A stretch of 60,204 nt of DNA from a virus: the IMG/VR virus record IMGVR_UViG_3300036944_000689, positions 1 to 60,204 of that record; one strand, given 5' to 3'. A program made the position numbers and the translations under genes. The notes beneath the pieces were generated by a model. The model did no database searches, was not told where the DNA came from, and saw only the letters and a program-made list of their open reading frames with translations. This document shows positions 28,010-34,440 of the stretch, piece by piece; positions within the stretch are counted from its first letter, which is position 1; the number at the start of each line of letters is the position of its first letter.

Positions 28010-28251
28010 GGCGTGTTTCCTTGTGGAACTACCTGTGTGTAATAGCGACCTATGTTCATGTTTATGAGCATCCCGCGCTCTACGCGCTCCGCGTTGCGCA
28101 TGGACCCGGCTTTAACGGTCCGGATGCATTCCCCGGTCTCATAATCAATGACTTCGACCTGATATTCAGCGTTCTCCGCCTTCACCTTAGCCTGCGCCCT
28201 TTCACTAGCCTTCCGTGCTGCTGGGAGGTCTTGGATGGCTCGATTCAGCAT
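28006..28251 (-). CDS. Hypothetical early protein, 81 aa
   Basis: Track ORF that overlaps both neighbours. Confidence 0.5.
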   Translation of the reverse strand: MLNRAIQDLPAARKASERAQAKVKAENAEYQVEVIDYETGECIRTVKAGSMRNAERVERGMLINMNIGRYYTQVVPQGNTP

Positions 28252-28538
28252 GGCTCAAACTCCGGCTCTGGTCGGCAAGTCGAGAATTGTTCTTCCAGCT
28301 CTGCGATCTGCTTTTGGCTGAGAAGCCGGTAGCAGTCCCAGCCCCGCACATAGGAACTTGTGAGATTCACTTCTTCCGGACAGCCTGGGTAGTCCCTGGT
28401 TTGGGCTTCGCCCGGGATGTACTCAAAATGGCACACCACTGGTTCGTCGTTGGCCCATTCTGGGTAAAGGGTTAGCTCAAGCTCTCCCTTTGGGCAGCGC
28501 GGCGCCCGATACTCTGCAGGTATTGATGTTTGCGACAT
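28245..28538 (-). CDS. Hypothetical Cys-containing early protein, 97 aa
   Basis: Track ORF with SD TAGGAGGCAGC. Confidence 0.55.
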   Translation of the reverse strand: MSQTSIPAEYRAPRCPKGELELTLYPEWANDEPVVCHFEYIPGEAQTRDYPGCPEEVNLTSSYVRGWDCYRLLSQKQIAELEEQFSTCRPEPEFEPC

Positions 28539-28547
28539 TGCTGCCTC

Positions 28548-28808
28548 CTAATCAAGCAGCCGTTGCTGGCCGCATTTTTCAAGTTCTTGTGCAGACGGCT
28601 CAATCACGCCGCGTCGCTTTGGCCGCACTGCTTGCGGGTTGAAGTACGCCCGCAGAGCCTTGAGCCACGCCTTGTAGGCCCAGCCGCTGCGTTGTGCATA
28701 CGGGTAGTTCTTGGAGCACCACTTGCGCAGCTCCGGCTTGGTCATTTCCGGGTGCGCCTTGATTTGTTCTTGCAGCCATGCAGCCGCGTCATCGGTCCAG
28801 CTAGACAT
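28548..28808 (-). CDS. Hypothetical early protein, 86 aa
   Basis: ATG 28808 lies 7 nt after GGAGG. The in-frame ATG at 28820 is part of that SD. Confidence 0.55.
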   Translation of the reverse strand: MSSWTDDAAAWLQEQIKAHPEMTKPELRKWCSKNYPYAQRSGWAYKAWLKALRAYFNPQAVRPKRRGVIEPSAQELEKCGQQRLLD

Positions 28809-28820
28809 TGCTGCCTCCAT

Positions 28821-28845
28821 GAAAAAGCCGCCTCAGAGGGCGGCT
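28821..28845 (-). terminator. Intrinsic terminator (minus strand) abutting the next gene's SD
   Basis: AGCCGCC-CUCUGA-GGCGGCU followed by UUUUUC on the minus strand. Confidence 0.75.
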
Positions 28846-29051
28846 AGGGTGGGTGGGTTGGTGGCCCCGGACTTCTACCGGCGCGGTAATTCATTCACCA
28901 CCAGAAAGCAGCCCTGCTACTGGGCCAGTCTGTTCACCGCCGCAAATGCAACGGAGCAAGGCCGCTATCTGATGGCCCTGAGGCCTTTCACCCAGGAGGT
29001 TGTCGGAGCTTCCATCCGCACCAGCCGCGATACCGCAGCCTGGGGAGTTGG

Positions 29052-29285
29052 TTATCGGGCTGCAAGCATCGCGTCTGCGTGGCGATAACGAGCCTCAGCG
29101 CGGTCTTCTCGGTCTTCCCATGACTCTCCAAGAACCATGGAGCAGCGAATGTCTTCTTCTGTAGCGTGTGCCGCAAAGTAGTCGCGCAGGGTCATGCCAT
29201 TCTCTGGTCGGCCAAATCCTTCAGGACCGCTAAATCCAGATCGTGGAAATGCCGGTCCGCCGCCTGGGATTGATTTCGGGTCCAT
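29052..29285 (-). CDS. Hypothetical early protein, 77 aa
   Basis: Track ORF with SD CAGGAGAGAG. Contains GMTLRDYFAAHA. Confidence 0.55.
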   Translation of the reverse strand: MDPKSIPGGGPAFPRSGFSGPEGFGRPENGMTLRDYFAAHATEEDIRCSMVLGESWEDREDRAEARYRHADAMLAAR

Positions 29286-29546
29286 GCTCTCTCTCCTGTT
29301 CGTTGATTGGTGATTGCTTTGAAGGGCGGGCAGGACGGCCAGTCCCTGCTATGACACTGTGTTCACGTGCCTCAGATATGAACCGACCCGGACCGAAGTC
29401 CTGCCAGGGTCGTCACAGAACTATCCGCCCGAGGTCGTTATCCCTCGCATGTTTTGGCATGTTTGCGGCCCCGTTACCCGAAGGTTTCGCCGCGTCCGCC
29501 CATCAAAGCACTCACCCCTGGATAGCCTGTGGGGTGGGGGGGTGGG

Positions 29547-30047
29547 TTACAGCGCGGCAACTCCGCTTTTCATAACCCCGTCTTCGACAACCATCGACGG
29601 CGCCCAGCCTCCGCGAGCAACGCGCAGCCATTGCTCATATGTGGCTGTGTCGCTACCAAATGCGCTTGCGCCGTTGTCTGCCAGCCAGCGCGCCAGCTCT
29701 TCCGGTGTAGCGAATGCAGGGCTGATAGGAGTGCCCTCGCTGGTGTCTTCGTACATCATGAAATGCGTGCGTTGCTCTGCAGGCCAATCAGGCATGTAGT
29801 CGCCGCTGTATGGTCGGCGCCCGCTCCATTCATCAAACGGCAGCTTGCGGCTATCCTCGCTTGCATAGTCTGGGAAATCGCCACGCTCCCACGCTTCGCG
29901 CTCTGCATCCCACTCCTTGGCTGCTTCGGCCCAGCCGGGTGCGTACAACGGCTTGTAGCGCTCTTTCATTTGACCGGTGCGCCAGTCCGGCACTTGTTCC
30001 TTTGGGTGCTGCCAATCGGCGGGCACCATGCGTACTTCACGGCCCAT
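29547..30047 (-). CDS. Hypothetical Trp/Glu-rich early protein, 166 aa
   Basis: Track ORF with SD TAGGAG. Confidence 0.6.
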   Translation of the reverse strand: MGREVRMVPADWQHPKEQVPDWRTGQMKERYKPLYAPGWAEAAKEWDAEREAWERGDFPDYASEDSRKLPFDEWSGRRPYSGDYMPDWPAEQRTHFMMYEDTSEGTPISPAFATPEELARWLADNGASAFGSDTATYEQWLRVARGGWAPSMVVEDGVMKSGVAAL

Positions 30048-30060
30048 GCTCTACTCCTAG

Positions 30061-30087
30061 TTGAAAACAAAGCGCCTCTGAGGCGCT
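30061..30087 (-). terminator. Intrinsic terminator (minus strand)
   Basis: AGCGCC-UCAGA-GGCGCU followed by UUGUUUUC on the minus strand. Confidence 0.7.
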
Positions 30088-30095
30088 GGTGGGGG

Positions 30096-30293
30096 TTAGA
30101 TCAATTCCAACTGCTCAACCACTGGCCTGCCCACAAGCTCAGCAGCCTCGCCATTTACCCAGCGCTCCCAGTCCTTGCGGTTGATGCGCAAGCCTTTGAA
30201 CACCTGGGAGCCGCACTGATGGCAGTGGCCGCGTTCATGCGGCTTGCCCGGCGAGAACACAGTTACGGCGCCGCCGCAGTCGATGCAGTTCAT
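30096..30293 (-). CDS. Zinc-ribbon-like small protein, 65 aa
   Basis: CIDCGG...CHQCGS pairs. SD AAGGAGAC. Confidence 0.55.
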   Translation of the reverse strand: MNCIDCGGAVTVFSPGKPHERGHCHQCGSQVFKGLRINRKDWERWVNGEAAELVGRPVVEQLELI

Positions 30294-30343
30294 GGGGTCT
30301 CCTTGAAATCCAAAGCAGCCTCTGTGAAGCGGCTTTGGGTTGG

Positions 30344-30835
30344 TTAAGTTTTGTGGTACTTCAATTTCCCAGCTCTTCGCGCCGCGATGGCAGATTCAAT
30401 ATCTGTGTAAGACCCCAGAAAAATGGCTTTGTCATTCAAATAGATCACGGCATACCACCTCTTGGATCTAGTGTTCCAATGCACCCCAGGGACGCCCGAT
30501 TTGTTGTTTGTCCTTTTTCCACTCAAATTGTGTAAGTTCTGCTGCGGTGTAACGTCGCGCAGGTTTTCTAAGCGGTCGTCATCCCGTACATGATTGATGT
30601 GGTCGATCTGATGTGTCGGCCAACACCCATACTGGTGAAGCCAAACCACTCTTGCGGATTGAAACCAGTGGCGCTTTACGCTCACAACCCTATAGCCGGA
30701 TGGCTTGAGTGCGCCAGCGCGCGAACCGCTAGGGGCATTGCCGCGCCCACGCTTGTGAATCAGATGTCCAGTTTCAGGTTTGTAGTCAAACATTGACCTC
30801 ACAACTTCTGCAGAAATTTCATCTCTTCGACTCAT
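30344..30835 (-). CDS. HNH endonuclease with a C-terminal AP2-like DNA-binding domain, 163 aa
   Basis: IDHINHVRDDDRLENLRDVTPQQNLHN (HNH). GVPGVHWNTRSKRWYAVIYLNDKAIFLGSYTDIESAIAARR (AP2-like). AT-richer than the surroundings. Confidence 0.8.
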   Translation of the reverse strand: MSRRDEISAEVVRSMFDYKPETGHLIHKRGRGNAPSGSRAGALKPSGYRVVSVKRHWFQSARVVWLHQYGCWPTHQIDHINHVRDDDRLENLRDVTPQQNLHNLSGKRTNNKSGVPGVHWNTRSKRWYAVIYLNDKAIFLGSYTDIESAIAARRAGKLKYHKT

Positions 30836-31105
30836 GTTTATCTCCATCAGATCAACAGGCGTCGTACCTGCTGATTTGATGCCCCTGTTGCCAAGGGCTC
30901 CGGTCTTTCTGTTCTTGGCGACCTAGCCTCACCGCCGTACAAATCCCAGCGTTGGATTTCGCAGTGCTGTGGGGCGCAGGCTTTACCCTGATTCCCGGCA
31001 AGTGGTCGTTTCCTTCCGCTTGCTCACATATCTCGTTCGCGTTGCCTGATCCCATCCAGGGGCAGAGCGCTACTAGCCTTCACACCGACGATCTTTTGTA
31101 GCCCG

Positions 31106-31210
31106 CTACCGCCTGCGGAGGCCCTGGTTTACCCAGCCGTGCCTGGCTGCAAGAACCTGTCGGTGCTCAGCTCGATCACTTGGCACCCGATGCCGCTTTG
31201 TTTGCGGCAT
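31106..31210 (-). CDS. Candidate 34-aa Arg/His-rich peptide, first ORF after the leftward early promoter
   Basis: Translated by hand: MPQTKRHRVPSDRAEHRQVLAARHGWVNQGLRRR. The ATG lies 6 nt after the -10-like AATAAT. No other support. Confidence 0.25.
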   Translation of the reverse strand: MPQTKRHRVPSDRAEHRQVLAARHGWVNQGLRRR

Positions 31211-31216
31211 GGGTGA

Positions 31217-31255
31217 ATTATTAGTCCGACTGATTCTTATGTCAACAGTCCGACT
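31217..31255 (-). promoter_or_regulatory. Leftward early promoter-operator module (PL-like)
   Basis: Minus strand reads AGTCGGACT-g-TTGACA-taagaatc-AGTCGGACT-AATAAT. It is the exact reverse complement of 33555-33593. Confidence 0.7.
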
Positions 31256-31425
31256 AATTTATTTCGCAAATTTTTTCTTTGATAGCGCCACACCGCGTGT
31301 CGGCGGGGCTTTCGAGGATGTGCAAATCTGGCTTGCGCAAGCGTGGTTTGCGCCTGCGCAATTTGCTGTTGCGACTACTGACAATCTGTGAAAGACTGGA
31401 TGCAAACACAGTATCGAGGTCAGCG

Positions 31426-31701
31426 ATGAAGGAACAACGAAAGAAGCTGCTTGGGGTTAGATTGAGGGCCGCGCGGATGGCGGCGGGCCAATCACAAGAT
31501 CACGTAGCGGGCGCCATTGGAGTTACGCGCCAGTCGGTTTCTGCTTGGGAAACTGGCGCAAGTTGCCCATCAGCTACGCAGCTTGCAGAGCTGTCGGCGC
31601 TGTATTGCGTGTGCGCCCACACCCTGCTGTTTGGAGAGGCCTACAAGCCTCTGAGCATCGCCGCCTTGATGCCGGGGCGTGTTGGCTTTCTTGTGGGCTG
31701 A
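31426..31701 (+). CDS. XRE-family HTH protein, 91 aa
   Basis: LGVRLRAARMAAGQSQDHVAGAIGVTRQSVSAWETG is an XRE-type HTH. Internal ATG of track ORF 31279..31701. Confidence 0.7.
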   Translation: MKEQRKKLLGVRLRAARMAAGQSQDHVAGAIGVTRQSVSAWETGASCPSATQLAELSALYCVCAHTLLFGEAYKPLSIAALMPGRVGFLVG

Positions 31702-31710
31702 GGTGGCCGC

Positions 31711-32010
31711 TCAGCCGCCGATCCGCAGCCGCCAGGCCTGGGCCACCCAGTCGCCTTCTTTGGTCCGCTCCATGCCGTGGATCTCCAGAGCGCCGGACAC
31801 CATGTCCACGATGCGGGGTTCAAACAAGCGTTGGGGGGTGAAGCAGTCCAGGTGCAGGGCAGGGACGGTGCCGAACCGGCCTTCAAGGCGCACGACGGTC
31901 AGATCCCCGGTGTGTTCGTGCACCTTGCTCGCAAACGGGTGCCTGCCGCCGCGCACGTAGAGCGTCAGGACCGTGGCTTTGATGGGGCTGGAGATGTGGA
32001 TGGGCGACAT
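31711..32010 (-). CDS. Hypothetical protein, 99 aa, preceded by a LexA box
   Basis: Track ORF. The ATG lies 3 nt downstream of a consensus SOS box. Confidence 0.55.
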   Translation of the reverse strand: MSPIHISSPIKATVLTLYVRGGRHPFASKVHEHTGDLTVVRLEGRFGTVPALHLDCFTPQRLFEPRIVDMVSGALEIHGMERTKEGDWVAQAWRLRIGG

Positions 32011-32013
32011 GTG

Positions 32014-32033
32014 TACTGTGGAAATTTACAGTA
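32014..32033. promoter_or_regulatory. Consensus LexA (SOS) box TACTGT-N8-ACAGTA
   Basis: TACTGTGGAAATTTACAGTA read directly. Both half sites are perfect for the proteobacterial CTGT-N8-ACAG consensus. Confidence 0.7.
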
Positions 32034-32227
32034 CATCGGGGCCGCCAGGGGTAACGCCCTAGCTGGGCGAGTGGGCAAAATCAGTACCCACAAAAGCAAG
32101 GGCCCCACCGAAGTGAGGCCCGATTTGTCGCTGCGGCGAATTGCAATCTTCTGTACGCAGAGGCCTTCCGAAGAAGGACTTGAGCCCGATGCTTTGTGGC
32201 AGAGCGGGTGACTGACATTGTAGAGAC

Positions 32228-32650
32228 CTAAAGGTGATCGGTCAAATGGCTTAACCCGATTCCGTTGAGCACACACGACATAACTGACGTGAGTTCACCA
32301 GATCCAAGGACGCGGATGTCTGATTGTCTTTTCCCGGATTGGTCTTTGCCCAACTGCGGAGCAAAGAGCCTGTAAAACCCTACGGTGTAAACCATGTCGC
32401 CCTTCACCCAGCACACCGGATCGTCATATGGAGCTGGCAATGGTGGCTCGATGCGCAGCTGTAGGTGATATGGGTACGTGTCGTCGGGCCGGGATGAGCT
32501 TAGAGGCACAACAGAAACCAGATTCCCCCTGTTTCTCAATCGTGGGGAAATCACCACGACAGGGCGCCGCTTGACCATCTCTGGTTCTTGCATCCCCTGG
32601 AAATCGCAGATCAATATCGTTCCTTGCTGCGGATGAAAATGGATCGCCAT
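32228..32650 (-). CDS. PemK/MazF-fold (YifN-like) toxin-family protein, 140 aa
   Basis: ATG preceded by AAAGGAGAGAGGG. N-terminus HFHPQQGTILICDF...PEMVKRRPVVVISP is characteristic of PemK/MazF-like proteins. Confidence 0.65.
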   Translation of the reverse strand: MAIHFHPQQGTILICDFQGMQEPEMVKRRPVVVISPRLRNRGNLVSVVPLSSSRPDDTYPYHLQLRIEPPLPAPYDDPVCWVKGDMVYTVGFYRLFAPQLGKDQSGKRQSDIRVLGSGELTSVMSCVLNGIGLSHLTDHL

Positions 32651-32744
32651 CCCTCTCTCCTTTGGCCGTACCTGGGCCACGATCTTGTTTTTCTACGGCC
32701 ACTCATAGAACTACTCATTCACCCCGAATTGCGCAGTTCTATGA

Positions 32745-32921
32745 TCAAACCAGCGTCGCCCTGATGTTCTCCACTGCCACGCGCAGCGGGTCTTCTGCCG
32801 GTAGCGCCATCTCTGCGATCAGTGCATCCACCTGGGAAACGGCCAGCTCTTGGTCCGGGTGCCCGTCCATCACAGTCTCCAAGACCATGCGAAGGGCTTC
32901 GATTTCTGTGGAGAGATTCAT
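32745..32921 (-). CDS. 58-aa acidic protein between the repressor and the toxin-like gene
   Basis: Translated by hand (MNLSTEIEALRMVLETVMDGHPDQELAVSQVDALIAEMALPAEDPLRVAVENIRATLV). SD CCAAGGAGCG. Confidence 0.45.
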   Translation of the reverse strand: MNLSTEIEALRMVLETVMDGHPDQELAVSQVDALIAEMALPAEDPLRVAVENIRATLV

Positions 32922-32956
32922 TGGCGCTCCTTGGTCTAGTAACTCTGGGGTTGCTG

Positions 32957-33517
32957 TCAGTGATTCACATCTGCCCGCCCCTTGCCCTTGGCTTTGCCGA
33001 CTGGCTTAGGAGCAGGTGCAATGGTTGGGGGCGGTGCGACGTGTGCCCATGGGTTTGCCTCGGACTTGACCGGCTTGACCACGTTGTGAAGTTTGTTCGC
33101 AAGCGCGAGCACCTCATCTTTCCCGTCAGCCGACAGGTCCCTGAAAAGCAGCACCAGATGCAACTCCAATCGATGGAGTGACGTTAGATCCATGGGTCCG
33201 CTTGGGCGGTCTTCCTGTACTTGGTCAGCAGTTGCTACACCAGCAAGCTCGGCCAGGGTGTTTGACAGCATCGGGCTGAAATCAGAGATCTTGCAGCCCA
33301 GTAGCTTGCTGAATTTCGCAGCGGCCGCGTTGTTCAGCGGGATGCGCCCGTTCAGGTACTGGCTCAAGGCGCTCTGCCCAAACCCTAACTGGTCAGCAGC
33401 CCATTCTTGGGAGTTCGGCTCGCCTCGACTTTTTCGGTCTGTCTTCCAGGCTTTAAACAAAGTCTGTAGGCGTTGTGCATCGGCCTTTTGCTCAGGCGAT
33501 AGGGGTTGGGCTGGCAT
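32957..33517 (-). CDS. CI-like repressor (XRE HTH N-terminus, no S24 peptidase C-terminus), 186 aa
   Basis: EWAADQLGFGQSALSQYLNGRIPLN is an HTH. Divergent from the Cro-like gene across the operators. The C-terminus lacks any Ser/Lys autocleavage motif. Confidence 0.75.
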   Translation of the reverse strand: MPAQPLSPEQKADAQRLQTLFKAWKTDRKSRGEPNSQEWAADQLGFGQSALSQYLNGRIPLNNAAAAKFSKLLGCKISDFSPMLSNTLAELAGVATADQVQEDRPSGPMDLTSLHRLELHLVLLFRDLSADGKDEVLALANKLHNVVKPVKSEANPWAHVAPPPTIAPAPKPVGKAKGKGRADVNH

Positions 33518-33531
33518 GGGCGGAGCGTATT

Positions 33532-33593
33532 AGTGCGACTACTTCGAATCAAACAGTCGGACTGTTGACATAAGAATCAGTCGGACTAATAAT
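33532..33593 (+). promoter_or_regulatory. Rightward early promoter with three operator-like 9-bp palindromes (OR/PR-like)
   Basis: AGTGCGACT at 33532, AGTCGGACT at 33555 and 33579 (centre spacing 23-24 bp). TTGACA at 33565-33570 and AATAAT at 33588-33593. Confidence 0.7.
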
Positions 33594-33599
33594 CGAGGC

Positions 33600-33845
33600 A
33601 TGCACAACCTCAAGACCATTCGCGAACGTCTCGACGTGACGCAGCAGACCCTGGCCGACGGTATCGGTTGCACCCAGGGGAATGTGGGCCACTACGAGCG
33701 CGGTCAAACCCTGCCGCCCGACATGGCGCGCAAGGTCATCGACTTCTGCGCTGCAAATGGACTGGTCATCACTTTCGATCACGTTTACGGCTCCGCCGAA
33801 CTGCCTTCCGTCGTCTCCGCCGAGCCGACAACCGCCCAGGCCTAA
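33600..33845 (+). CDS. Cro-like HTH protein, 81 aa
   Basis: LDVTQQTLADGIGCTQGNVGHYERG is an HTH. It is the first gene after the PR-like promoter. The ATG lies 6 nt after the -10. Confidence 0.75.
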   Translation: MHNLKTIRERLDVTQQTLADGIGCTQGNVGHYERGQTLPPDMARKVIDFCAANGLVITFDHVYGSAELPSVVSAEPTTAQA

Positions 33846-33888
33846 CCCATGGCCCGCACCCATTCCCTCCTCGCCGCTGCAACGGCTT

Positions 33889-33914
33889 GCTCCTGCTCCG
33901 GCAGGGGCCTTTTT
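33889..33914 (+). terminator. Intrinsic terminator just downstream of the Cro-like gene (tR1-like position)
   Basis: GCTCCTGC-TCCG-GCAGGGGC (8 bp with one G-U pair) followed by CTTTTTGA. Confidence 0.6.
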
Positions 33915-34089
33915 GATGCATCCCCCCGCCTGGCCATGCGCCATCCGGCTGCCCTCCGTGGCGCTGGTTTGGTGGGTCGGGTGCATCAAAAAGGCGAAGT
34001 GATTTGCGTCAGTCATGGCACAAATTTTTGCCCCACCGCAACAGGTAACTCAACCTGTAATTCGTTGATTTCTTTCTATCGAGGCAGCG

Positions 34090-34440
34090 ATGGAACAACT
34101 TGCACTCCCCCTCATGGGCCGCTTGGACGGGCCGTCCACCGCTCCTATTTCGCTAGTAACCATGGCAAAGACCTACCGCGAGGCCGTCAGGCTTGCATGG
34201 CGTCTGCGCCGGGTGCACTACGCGACGCAACGCCAACTCGCAGCAGAGGCTGGGTTGTATGCGCCACACGTTTCGGACTACCTGTCGGCAGACGACAAGC
34301 CATCGCGGCGCAGTCTCCCAGCGGAGCACATCCCGGCATTCGAAACATTTGTGGGCAACACGCTGGTGACGCAATGGATCGCATCCAAGGCCAAGCTCAC
34401 CGTGCTGGAGGAGCTTCAAGCAACCAAGGCAGCCGCATGA
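34090..34440 (+). CDS. CII-like DNA-binding regulator, 116 aa
   Basis: TQRQLAAEAGLYAPHVSDYLS is an HTH-like segment. Positioned after cro, as for lambdoid cII. Confidence 0.5.
   Translation: MEQLALPLMGRLDGPSTAPISLVTMAKTYREAVRLAWRLRRVHYATQRQLAAEAGLYAPHVSDYLSADDKPSRRSLPAEHIPAFETFVGNTLVTQWIASKAKLTVLEELQATKAAA

Noticed and set aside
30852-31055. 67-aa minus-strand ORF in the PL leader
   Set aside because: It has no SD and an odd composition. The region is better explained as structured leader RNA.
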